Position numbers and translations under genes: made by a program. A stretch of 57,702 bases of DNA, from contig CAYJRE010000003.1 of NCBI GenBank assembly GCA_964372665.1, positions 1-57,702 of the forward strand, read 5' to 3'. The DNA comes from an uncultured archaeon. GTDB lineage: Archaea; Iainarchaeota; Iainarchaeia; Iainarchaeales; VGJJ01. The number at the start of each line of letters is the position of its first letter. The first letter of the stretch is position 1. Under the pieces are notes generated by a model that worked only from the letters and a program-made list of their open reading frames with translations, searched no databases and had not been told where the DNA came from. Positions 49,874 to 57,702 of this stretch are shown piece by piece.

Positions 49874-51340
49874 ATGACTACGATTGAAGAGCTACGCGCC
49901 AGCAAAATGCTGAAACTCCAAGCAATAGTGCGAAAGGGAGTCAACCCATTCCCCTACTCCTACAAACGAACGCACCATGCGAAGGAAATCCACGAAAAAT
50001 TCTCAAACCTAAAAAACGGGGAAGAAACAAACGAAAAAGCGAAGGTGTGCGGCAAAATCTTGAGCATCCGCGCGTTCGGAAAACTCGTATTCTTGGACTT
50101 ATACGATGATTCTGGAAAAATACAGGTGCAACTGAAAAAAGGAGCGACCGATGAAGTATCATTGGAGTTGATCCAAGACCTGGACACCGGAGACTACGCG
50201 GGAGCAGAAGGAAAAATAATCCGCACGATACGAGGAGAAATATCGGTACTCGCGGAAAACCTTACCCTGCTATGCAAGAGCATCGCCCCCATGCCCGACA
50301 AATGGCACGGATTAACCGACATCGAAACACGGTATCGCATGCGGCACGTGGACTTGGTCATCAACCCCGAAGTCAAAAAAGTGTTCCTGAATCGCGCCAA
50401 AATCATCCAAAGCATCCGAAAAGTGTTGGATACCCATGGGTTCGTGGAAGTCGAAATACCCATGTTACAACCCCAATACGGTGGAGCGAACGCAAAACCC
50501 TTCACCACGCACTCGAACGCCTTGGAGCAGGACTTGTACTTGAGCATTTCGCCCGAACTGTACCTGAAAAAATTGACGATCGGAAACATGGAAAAAGTGT
50601 ATACGATCGGACACAATTTCAGGAACGAGGACATCGACAAGACACACAATCCCGAATTTACCACGATGGAAAGCTATTGGGCCTACGCGGACTACAACGA
50701 TGTCATGGAACTCGTGGAAGAAATATTTAGAGAAGCCTGCATCGCCGTGCACGGAAAAGAACAATTCACGTACCAAGGAAAAGGATTCGATTTGAGCCAA
50801 CCCTTCGAACGATTGCCCATGAAAAAAGCCATCAAGAAATACACGGATCTGGACGTGGACACGCTCACGGATGCCCAAATGCTCAATCTCATCGAACAAA
50901 AAGGGAAAAAGATGGAGGGACCCAAACTCCGCGGGCTCATCATCAACGAATTGTTCGAAGCCTTCGCGGAAGAGCACTTGATCCAGCCCACGCACCTCAT
51001 GGATTACCCATTCGAGACAACCCCCTTGTGCAAAGAACACCGAAAAGAAAAAGGAATGATTGAACGGTTTGAAAGCTTCATCAATGGGTGGGAATTAACC
51101 AACGCATATAGTGAACTGAATGACGCCATGAAACAAAGAGAATTATTGGAATTACAATCCAAAGAAGGACGCGCGAAGGGCGAAGAAATGCCCGTGGACG
51201 AGGACTTCTTGAACGCATTGGAATACGGAATGCCCCCCACCGGGGGGTTAGGAATAGGAATAGATAGATTGGTGATGCTGCTCACCAATCAACCCACGAT
51301 ACGAGACGTGATATTCTTTCCGCAGATGAGAAACAAATGA
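49874..51340 (+). CDS. lysS: Lysine--tRNA ligase, class II
   Basis: N-terminal OB anticodon-binding domain, then class II motifs 1-3 (VEVEIPML, YTIGHNFRNE, GGLGIGIDRLVMLL). Confidence 0.95.
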   Translation: MTTIEELRASKMLKLQAIVRKGVNPFPYSYKRTHHAKEIHEKFSNLKNGEETNEKAKVCGKILSIRAFGKLVFLDLYDDSGKIQVQLKKGATDEVSLELIQDLDTGDYAGAEGKIIRTIRGEISVLAENLTLLCKSIAPMPDKWHGLTDIETRYRMRHVDLVINPEVKKVFLNRAKIIQSIRKVLDTHGFVEVEIPMLQPQYGGANAKPFTTHSNALEQDLYLSISPELYLKKLTIGNMEKVYTIGHNFRNEDIDKTHNPEFTTMESYWAYADYNDVMELVEEIFREACIAVHGKEQFTYQGKGFDLSQPFERLPMKKAIKKYTDLDVDTLTDAQMLNLIEQKGKKMEGPKLRGLIINELFEAFAEEHLIQPTHLMDYPFETTPLCKEHRKEKGMIERFESFINGWELTNAYSELNDAMKQRELLELQSKEGRAKGEEMPVDEDFLNALEYGMPPTGGLGIGIDRLVMLLTNQPTIRDVIFFPQMRNK

Positions 51341-51342
51341 AA

Positions 51343-51966
51343 TTATTTTTTCCGATGGATTCGAACAAAACGTCCTTTCATGAAATGATAGCCGGACATA
51401 GGTGTTATCCTAAATCGCAACCCATACTTTTTGAAAAGCATTAGCCAACGAACGACTTGTTGAACATGAGACGCACTAGATTTACCTTCTAAATCAGCTT
51501 CCACAGCGGACAATATTTCTGATCCTGCATATTTTCTAAAAGTTGGATTTGGATACATACTAAAGTAACCAATAACAGCACCTTCTTTGTTTATTGAAGC
51601 AACGTGCCAAAATTTCAAATTACTTGAATGTATTTTTATTAACATGTTTCTTAAATCGCCAAGAGAAGGATATCCGTGGCTACCAAATTTGTTTCGAGAG
51701 TTAATCTCTGGGGGGTGAGTATGAATATCTGACTTATCAGAAGAAGTTGGCTCTTCCATGATGAACATGTGCCTTCCACGATATTCTGCGGCGGGTCGAA
51801 GCACTCCTGGTTTATCTCGATACCAGCCCATTTCTTTATGCGGTTCAGATATTTGTTCAATTTTTCCAGCAGCAGTTTTAGACGGAAAAGGATGACGATT
51901 CGGAATATGCAACATAGGAATGCCTAAAGTTGGATGAACAATTACCGATTTTCTCCGACGTGGCAT
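51343..51966 (-). CDS. Hypothetical protein with a JAB/MPN-like HxH...S..D pattern, in an AT-rich segment
   Basis: DIHTHPPEINSRNKFGSHGYPSLGDL resembles a JAMM motif but with a longer spacer. The gene is visibly more AT-rich than its neighbours. Confidence 0.5.
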   Translation of the reverse strand: MPRRRKSVIVHPTLGIPMLHIPNRHPFPSKTAAGKIEQISEPHKEMGWYRDKPGVLRPAAEYRGRHMFIMEEPTSSDKSDIHTHPPEINSRNKFGSHGYPSLGDLRNMLIKIHSSNLKFWHVASINKEGAVIGYFSMYPNPTFRKYAGSEILSAVEADLEGKSSASHVQQVVRWLMLFKKYGLRFRITPMSGYHFMKGRFVRIHRKK

Positions 51967-51996
51967 GAGACAATAATTTCATTAAACTATAAAAAG

Positions 51997-52012
51997 TGGG
52001 GTCGGTGGGATT
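51997..52012. repeat. 16-nt direct repeat of the tRNA-Phe 3' end (att-like)
   Basis: tggggtcggtgggatt is identical to 52130-52145, the last 16 nt of the tRNA on the - strand. Confidence 0.8.
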
Positions 52013-52045
52013 CGGGAACGCACTCCTTTCTTTTGAGAAAAGAAA

Positions 52046-52129
52046 GTAGCGCCCAGTCAAAGAAAACGTCAAGCCGAGGGGTAGCATAGCTACCCCTCCA
52101 CGTTCGCAACGGCCAGACGAAACGGGCCA
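52046..52129 (-). ncRNA. Candidate structured small RNA / conserved tRNA trailer, copy 1
   Basis: Directly 3' of tRNA-Phe on the - strand. Its ends and architecture match 57601..57702: a 16-nt identical block, a 10-bp hairpin (52076-52098) and a T-rich hairpin terminator (52026-52046). Confidence 0.3.
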
Positions 52130-52203
52130 TGGGGTCGGTGGGATTTGAACCCACGACACCATCGTCTTCAGCGATGTGCTCTCCCAGGCTGAGCTACGAC
52201 CCC
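52130..52203 (-). tRNA. tRNA-Phe (anticodon GAA)
   Basis: Hand-folded cloverleaf: acceptor GGGGTCG/CGACCCC, D arm GCTC..GAGC, anticodon stem CATCG/CGATG with loop CTGAAGA, T arm GTGGG-TTCAAAT-CCCAC, discriminator A. CCA is not encoded. Confidence 0.95.
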
Positions 52204-52372
52204 GCCGTTTTCGACCGGCGGCACCGAAGGACTGCATTCGCGGGATTGCACGCAATCCCGCGGTAGGCCAACGGCAACTAATAAGAGAAAGACCGCGCAG
52301 AAACCTTAAAAACGAGCCATTAAGAAAAAGAAGAATTGGCCGGGCCAATGCACGAAATTAAATAGAGTGAGC

Positions 52373-53158
52373 ATGCCCAATACTAGTAGAGGTTGGTTCA
52401 CTATGGTTTGGGAATACGTCACGGTCATCGCATTGGGAATCATTTTGGCGCTCAGCATCCGCATCATCCAGCAATACGAAACAGCGGTCGTTTTCCGACT
52501 GGGAAGGTTTCAAGGCATCTTGCAACCCGGGATGAATTTCATCATCCCCATCATTGACCGCAGCGTCACAGTGGACATGCGCATTTTGACGATTGACATC
52601 CCCAAGCAGCAAGCCATCACCAAAGACAACGTGCCGGTTTCCATCAACGGAGTGGTGTATTTCAAGGTGAGCGAAGCCAGCAAAGCCATCATGAACGTGC
52701 AGGATTACATTTACGCGGTGTCACAATACGCGCAAACCGCCTTACGCGATGTCGTGGGAGGCATGACCTTGGACGAAGTGCTCGCGGAACGCCAAAAAAT
52801 AGGGGACCTTATCGAGCAAATCGTGGAAAAGCACGCCAAAAACTGGGGATTGGAAATAGACAGCATCAAGATGCAAGACATCGAATTGCCGGAAGACTTG
52901 AAAAGAATCATGTCCAGGCAAGCCAGCGCGGAAAGAGAAAAGCGCGCGAATATCACGAAGAGCGAAGGAGACAAACTGGCCGCCCGAAACCTCGCGGATG
53001 CCGCCAAAATAATGGCGGAAACGCAAGGAGCGATGCAACTGCGAACGCTGCAATCGATCGACGGACTGGGGCCCACGCCCAGCAACACGGTGATACTGGT
53101 TCCCGTGGACTTGTTTGAAGGAATCAAGGACATTGCCAACGCATTCAAGAAAAAATAG
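52373..53158 (+). CDS. SPFH/Band-7 (stomatin-like) protein
   Basis: N-terminal TM segment, then EYETAVVFRLGRF..., ITKDNV, YAVSQYAQTALRDVVG, ERQASAEREKRA. Confidence 0.9.
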   Translation: MPNTSRGWFTMVWEYVTVIALGIILALSIRIIQQYETAVVFRLGRFQGILQPGMNFIIPIIDRSVTVDMRILTIDIPKQQAITKDNVPVSINGVVYFKVSEASKAIMNVQDYIYAVSQYAQTALRDVVGGMTLDEVLAERQKIGDLIEQIVEKHAKNWGLEIDSIKMQDIELPEDLKRIMSRQASAEREKRANITKSEGDKLAARNLADAAKIMAETQGAMQLRTLQSIDGLGPTPSNTVILVPVDLFEGIKDIANAFKKK

Positions 53159-53450
53159 GAAACAAAATGCTGGCCACCCAAATTAGTTTAGAAAATGCAA
53201 AAAAGATAGAAACCCACTCGGAAATAAAATACAGCAATAGCGTAGCATTATCCGGCCGGACGAAATACCGCCCATATTGGTCAAGTTTTGTGTACGATAC
53301 AAGGGAGGAGAAATACGCTTGGAAAAAAAGGCGTTCACGGATTACGCGTGGGTGAACGCGGAAGAAGCGAAAAAATATGGGTGCATCGACGGAATGGAAG
53401 AGGAAGCAAAAAAAAGCCATTGAACTCTTTTCTGACAAAAAAAAGTAAAA

Positions 53451-54680
53451 TCACTCCGCTCCGCGCAATGCTATCACGGGGTCCATCAACGCGGCGCGGC
53501 GCGCGGGAATCAAGCCGGAAAGCATGCCCACGAGCATGGCGAACAAGAGCGAACTGGTAACCAGTACGGGATCAACCACGACCTTCAATGCCAACCCACT
53601 GGCTACGGAAGCCGCGCCCACGATGAACGCGAGACCATACCCAATGATGACGCCAAACACGCCACCCACCAATCCGATGAACGCGGCTTCGGCCAGAAAG
53701 ACGGATAACACGAGCGTATTCGTGGCCCCCACGGCCTTCATCACGCCAATCTCGGCCGTGCGCTCGATCACGCTCATGATCATCGTGTTCATGATGCCAA
53801 TGCCCCCCACCAACAGCGAAATGGAGGCGATGCCCACCAACACGAGTTGGATGATGGCCAAAAATTGGCCGATTTGCGCGAGCAGCTGTTCGCTGGTTTG
53901 GACTTCGAAAACTTTTTGGTCTTTCCCGTAAATGCTGTCAAAAATCCGGTTGATCTTGTCGCGGGCCAATTCCACATCATCCTTGGATTGGGTTTTCACA
54001 AGCAGGAAAACGGGGTCGGTTTCCTCAAAAATCTGGTCAAAACCTTTCTTGGTCATGAATAACACGTTGTTCGTGTTGGGGCCGCCGCCAAACGACTGCG
54101 CATTCTCTTTCGTAATGCCAATCACCTTGAAACTCTTGCCCTCGACCATTATCTTGTCGCCAACGCGAACATCCTGCTTGAAAACATTGTGGGCGAGATT
54201 ATATCCCACGACAACGGAAAACACGTCGCGGTTCTCGAAATCGCGGCCCTCATCCAATTCCACGAAACCCGTGTCTCGGAACGATTTGGCCTCTTCGGGG
54301 GTGGTGGCAATGACGGAAGCGGATACGCGCTCCCGACCGTAATCGGCATTCGTGGGAGCCACTAATGGGGCGAGCACCACTTCCACTTCGGGAATCGAAC
54401 GGATTTTTTCAATCGTGGCCTCGGAAAGGGTTTTGACATTCGTAACCGGACTATCCCCATTCGACTGCGAAAAACGCCCCGCTGACGCGACAAACAACGT
54501 GTTCGAGCCCAGCTTCTCGAACTGTTCCTGCGCCGCATTATTCAAACCGGCTCCTAATGAAAAAAGCGTGACGATGGCCGCGATCCCAATGATCACGCCC
54601 AACAACGTAAGATAGGAACGCAGACCTTGGTGCGTGAGATTGCTTATAGCAAAGCGGGGAACTTCGGACAAGGGATTCAT
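53451..54680 (-). CDS. ABC transporter permease (FtsX/MacB-type)
   Basis: N-terminal TM segment, large extracytoplasmic domain, and a C-terminal FtsX-like 3-TM block (GIGIMNTMIMSVIERTAEIGVMKAVGA). Confidence 0.9.
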   Translation of the reverse strand: MNPLSEVPRFAISNLTHQGLRSYLTLLGVIIGIAAIVTLFSLGAGLNNAAQEQFEKLGSNTLFVASAGRFSQSNGDSPVTNVKTLSEATIEKIRSIPEVEVVLAPLVAPTNADYGRERVSASVIATTPEEAKSFRDTGFVELDEGRDFENRDVFSVVVGYNLAHNVFKQDVRVGDKIMVEGKSFKVIGITKENAQSFGGGPNTNNVLFMTKKGFDQIFEETDPVFLLVKTQSKDDVELARDKINRIFDSIYGKDQKVFEVQTSEQLLAQIGQFLAIIQLVLVGIASISLLVGGIGIMNTMIMSVIERTAEIGVMKAVGATNTLVLSVFLAEAAFIGLVGGVFGVIIGYGLAFIVGAASVASGLALKVVVDPVLVTSSLLFAMLVGMLSGLIPARRAALMDPVIALRGAE

Positions 54681-54706
54681 AGGGAAACGCGAAAACCCCC
54701 TTTTGT

Positions 54707-55939
54707 TCAGCGATTATTCCCGTTTTTGGGACGAAAACCAAACCAATACACTAAACCCACAACCAAAATGATTCCTGCAATCAAGGGAATGTTGGAATTG
54801 TTCCCGTTCTCGGAAGCTATTTCGGAAGGAGCATACACTTTAACGGACACTTGCTTGGAAACCGACTGGGTTTCCCCGAACTCGTTCTTGAAATCGATTT
54901 TCACGTCCAAGGGATACGTTCCGGGCTGCAGAGCGGGTGACATTACGCCATCCAACACCACGGAATCGAAATCATCCGACTCAATCGTGCCAATGAAAAA
55001 GAGACCCTGGATGGGAGCAAAAAAATCAGATGAGACGAAAACCGTGGTGAACTTGCTGGGACCCAAACCGGAATTGTAAATGTCGATGGTTAAACGTGTT
55101 TTTTGGCCAGCCAAGGGCAAGGGTTTCGCGTTCGAAAGGTACGCATCCAAAAAAGGATTGCCAATCACCTTCAACCCGATCAAATCACTATTACTCGTTT
55201 TGTTTTTGGCGGAATCGTAAAATTCCAACGTCACCGGAACAAAATACGCTTTGGAAGAAGCCGAAGGGTTCACTTGCACGGGAAGAATGACCTGGGCGGT
55301 TTCCCCGGGGAGAATTTGGGGAATACGAACAAAGGCCGCGCCCAATGGAACGATGTCGCGCTCCACGATGACCCCGGTTGAAGTAACGATACGGTCTTCC
55401 GAAAGGCCGATCGAAACGTCCTCGACGGTCGAATTACCCGTGTTTTTCACGGCGAGCGAAAGACTCACGGTCTCCCCGACTTGGGCTTGAGAAGGAGACA
55501 CATCAATGATCGTCAAAAGGGGGTTTCGACCCGAAACCGTAATCGTGGCGGGCAAAACGCCGCCGGATTTCCCCTTTTCCCCGGCCTCGAGGCGAACATT
55601 GTAAGAACCATCCAACGCATCCGGGTCCACTTGAACGCGGTATTGGACTTGAACGGTTTGATAGGACTGAATCGTACTGATTTCCCGCGTAATCGTGTCG
55701 GTGGGATCCAAGGAAAAAGGAAAGGTGGTGGGGGAACCTTCCTCGTTCAGCTTGAGCGTGAACACGATACCCTTTGCCGTGGTGTTGGAGTTGTTGGTCA
55801 CGTACGCGAACAACGTGAAATATTCCCCGGGAATCACGGGCGAAGGATCCACATTATAGGAAGTCACCTGAACCGCAGCATCGGCCCACGAAAGGCTGGA
55901 AAGGAAAATAATACCCAAAAAAAACACGAAAATTCTCAT
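54707..55939 (-). CDS. COG1361-like surface (S-layer-domain/CARDB-like) protein
   Basis: Signal peptide, repeated beta-sandwich-like segments (PGEYFTLFAYVTNNSNTTAKG, VGETVSLSLAVKNTGNSTVEDV) and a C-terminal TM anchor. Lies between the ABC ATPase and permease genes. Confidence 0.7.
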   Translation of the reverse strand: MRIFVFFLGIIFLSSLSWADAAVQVTSYNVDPSPVIPGEYFTLFAYVTNNSNTTAKGIVFTLKLNEEGSPTTFPFSLDPTDTITREISTIQSYQTVQVQYRVQVDPDALDGSYNVRLEAGEKGKSGGVLPATITVSGRNPLLTIIDVSPSQAQVGETVSLSLAVKNTGNSTVEDVSIGLSEDRIVTSTGVIVERDIVPLGAAFVRIPQILPGETAQVILPVQVNPSASSKAYFVPVTLEFYDSAKNKTSNSDLIGLKVIGNPFLDAYLSNAKPLPLAGQKTRLTIDIYNSGLGPSKFTTVFVSSDFFAPIQGLFFIGTIESDDFDSVVLDGVMSPALQPGTYPLDVKIDFKNEFGETQSVSKQVSVKVYAPSEIASENGNNSNIPLIAGIILVVGLVYWFGFRPKNGNNR

Positions 55940-56658
55940 TTGTAGTCCCCCTTTATTTTGCTTTGTTTCTTCCGAACAACCGAACTGGATTGGATTCTAC
56001 CATCCATGAGATGGATGACTCGCGAGGCACGCTCGGCCACATACTTTTCATGAGTAACAACTAAAATGGTTTTGCCTCGTTTAGCGTGCAACTCGTCCAA
56101 AATGTTCAAAATATTGGCGCCGGACAACGAATCCAAATTTCCCGTGGGTTCGTCCGCCACGATGATTTCAGGGTCCACGGCCAACGCCCGGCCGATCGCC
56201 ACGCGCTGCCGTTGACCGCCGGAAAGCTGATTGGGACGGTGATGCATCCGATCCCCTAAACCGACCTCTCTCAACACTTTTTCGGCACGAGCTTTCCTTT
56301 CTACCAAAGGAATGCCTTGGAACCAAAGAGGAAGCATCACGTTATCCAGCGCGGTCATGCGGGAAATCAAATGAAAGGACTGAAAAACGAAACCAATCGT
56401 TTTTCCCCGGATATGGGCAAGCATGTTGTCATCCATTCTGGAAATGGGCAAACCGTCTATGACCACCTCGCCGCTCGTGGGACGAAGCAAACCGGAAAGG
56501 ATGTCGAGCAAGGTTGTTTTTCCGGAACCCGAAGGGCCGGTGATGGAAACGTATTCCCCTTTCCCTATTTTCACGTCCACCGCATTCAAGACATGCACGA
56601 AGGTTTCCCCCATGTCATATGTCTTGGAAACACGGCGGCTTTCCAGAATGGTTTTCAT
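55936..56658 (-). CDS. ABC transporter ATP-binding protein (MacB/LolD-like)
   Basis: Walker A GPSGSGKTT, signature LSGGQRQR, Walker B IVADEPTGNLD. Confidence 0.9.
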   Translation of the reverse strand: MKTILESRRVSKTYDMGETFVHVLNAVDVKIGKGEYVSITGPSGSGKTTLLDILSGLLRPTSGEVVIDGLPISRMDDNMLAHIRGKTIGFVFQSFHLISRMTALDNVMLPLWFQGIPLVERKARAEKVLREVGLGDRMHHRPNQLSGGQRQRVAIGRALAVDPEIIVADEPTGNLDSLSGANILNILDELHAKRGKTILVVTHEKYVAERASRVIHLMDGRIQSSSVVRKKQSKIKGDYK

Positions 56659-56730
56659 GGCGTTTCACGGATATCTAATCGGAGACGGTTCTATTTATAT
56701 CATGAAGCAGGAAACGGGAAAAAAAAGAAA

Positions 56731-56931
56731 CTATTTCTCGGGGACGATGACCCACGCAATCAAATACAAGAGGATACCCGCGCCCAAACTGGCGAGCGTG
56801 AACAACACCCACAACAAGCGAACAATCACGGGATCCACGCTCACGTATTCCGCGATGCCGCCGCAAACGCCACCCAGCACCTTTTCCTCGGAAGAACGGT
56901 ACAAGCGCTTCACGGGTTTTTGGATAACCAT
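56731..56931 (-). CDS. PspC-domain membrane protein
   Basis: [35 protein letters not shown] is the PspC signature. Confidence 0.8.
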   Translation of the reverse strand: MVIQKPVKRLYRSSEEKVLGGVCGGIAEYVSVDPVIVRLLWVLFTLASLGAGILLYLIAWVIVPEK

Positions 56932-57003
56932 ACCAAAATCTCTGGAGGGAGTTTATAATAGAAATGGAAAAAAAAAAGACAAGGGCCCCATGAACAAACC
57001 AAT

Positions 57004-57549
57004 TTATTCGATTGCGAGGGGCCTCGACCTCGACTCGACCTGCTTGGACTTGGGAATCGTGATACGCAGCACCCCATTCTCGTATTGGGCCTTGGCCTTC
57101 GACGCATCCGCGTTCTTGGGCAACACGAACGAACGGTAGAAACCCGAATAGGAATGCTCAGAACGAAACACCCCCTTTTTTTCCTCCTTTTTCTCATGCC
57201 TTTTCTCTGCCTTTATTTCAATGTGATCATCCGTAATGTTCAACCGAATATCCTTCTTATCGATGCCCGGCAACTCGACTTTTGCACGAACCTCCTTCTC
57301 GGTCTCCGAAAACTCTGAACGCGGAACCATCAAACGATTACCAAAAAAATCCGCGGAACGAAGCGAAGGCAATAAGGGACGACTGAAAAAAGGGTCATTA
57401 TCCCAAAAGGAATCGAACCACGCACCCATGTGCAAAGGCATGCGTTCCATTTCATCGAAAAGAGAATGACCGTGCAATGCCGGTAGAACATTTTCGGTAC
57501 GAGTATTTTTATTTTCCTTCTCCTTTTTTCGTGAAGTCTTCTTTTCCAT
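57004..57549 (-). CDS. Hsp20/alpha-crystallin small heat-shock protein
   Basis: ELPGIDKKDIRLNITDDHIEIKAEK...FYRSFVLP...AQYENGVLRITIPK. Confidence 0.9.
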   Translation of the reverse strand: MEKKTSRKKEKENKNTRTENVLPALHGHSLFDEMERMPLHMGAWFDSFWDNDPFFSRPLLPSLRSADFFGNRLMVPRSEFSETEKEVRAKVELPGIDKKDIRLNITDDHIEIKAEKRHEKKEEKKGVFRSEHSYSGFYRSFVLPKNADASKAKAQYENGVLRITIPKSKQVESRSRPLAIE

Positions 57550-57600
57550 CGAAAAAACACCCCCGTTGGTAAAATAATAACCCTACCCGAAAATAAAAAA

Positions 57601-57702
57601 GTAGCGCCCAGTCAAAAGAACACGAGTGGTATCGCACAGCGACACCACGAAATCGCAGCGGCCCAACCTTTGCGAACAAAGGTTGACGAAAAAGCGCGTC
57701 GT
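57601..57702 (-). ncRNA. Candidate structured small RNA, copy 2 (runs off the window)
   Basis: The same 16-nt block gtagcgcccagtcaaa preceded by an A6 run (T6 on the - strand), a 10-bp hairpin at 57626-57648 with a different stem sequence, the conserved tcgcagcggcc, and a 9-bp hairpin at 57664-57685. Confidence 0.3.

Noticed and set aside
49874-51340. Class II lysyl-tRNA synthetase in an archaeal context as a possible horizontal-transfer signal.
   Set aside because: Archaea vary in LysRS class, and I cannot establish the expected class for this lineage from the window alone. This is not unusual enough to report without a phylogeny.
53145-53438. 97-aa - strand ORF between the SPFH and ABC permease genes.
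   Set aside because: Phe/Ser-rich shadow frame of an A-rich region with no start context.
53451-56658. ABC ATPase, COG1361-like surface protein and FtsX-type permease considered as a novel system.
   Set aside because: This three-gene arrangement is a common archaeal MacB-like exporter module. Nothing atypical was seen beyond the ATGA coupling.
1-57702. Looked for CRISPR arrays, rRNA genes and further tRNA genes across the window.
   Set aside because: No regularly spaced direct repeats of 24-40 nt were seen. No stretches resemble conserved 16S/23S/5S blocks. Only one cloverleaf (tRNA-Phe, 52130-52203) could be folded by hand. A tRNA just beyond 57702 cannot be excluded.

Overview
This window reads as an archaeal chromosomal segment. 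The evidence is RadA with an N-terminal HhH domain, Pus10, a zinc-ribbon RPA, a KaiC-like ATPase and a tRNA-Phe with no encoded CCA. Genes are tightly packed, mostly led by GGAGG-like ribosome-binding sites, with frequent ATGA/TTGA stop-start overlaps and several GTG/TTG starts. A small-genome DPANN-like lineage is my inference only.

I support about 70 protein genes, one tRNA, one intein, one IS remnant and several short repeat or hairpin elements. I see no rRNA and no CRISPR array.

Main content, in order:
- Information processing: RPA, Pus10, intein-containing RadA, Tgt, LysRS, tRNA-Phe.
- A complete SUF Fe-S operon: padR-sufB-sufD-sufS-sufU-sufC-sufT.
- Redox enzymes: TrxB, an AhpD-like protein, an FNR-like protein, and a Grx/Trx/DsbA cluster.
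- A copZ-copA operon preceded by a BlaI/CopY-like repressor and an M56 (BlaR1-like) protease.
- An ABC exporter module with a COG1361-like surface protein.
- PspC and Hsp20.

The most interesting region is about 31.0-41.9 kb, directly beside copZA. It holds two gene sets, a + strand operon and a - strand operon, made of uncharacterised paralogous modules:
- Polytopic membrane proteins with intramembrane CxxC or CC motifs.
- A shared CxYCCG...CGCAH...RG[ML]AK domain.
- A shared His-rich extracytoplasmic domain.
- A triple thioredoxin-fold protein.
- Three proteins that end in exactly -MVGGC-stop.
- A conserved polar motif in their single-pass membrane anchors.
- A membrane-tethered winged-helix regulator.
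- A Met-rich mini membrane protein.

The two gene sets differ visibly in base composition. They are separated by an IS remnant and a family of GC-rich hairpins with conserved CC-T(G)AAA-GG apices.

Other notable points:
- A diverged duplicate of the RPA 3' end flanks a 2.1 kb insert.
- A 16-nt direct repeat of the tRNA-Phe 3' end lies 117 nt downstream of the tRNA gene, next to an AT-rich gene.
- A structured about 85-nt element occurs twice, with compensatory stem changes.
- A thioredoxin-like lipoprotein gene is frameshifted.
- One protein fuses four CBS domains to an HPF-like domain.

All functional calls come from motif recognition by eye. No database search was run.
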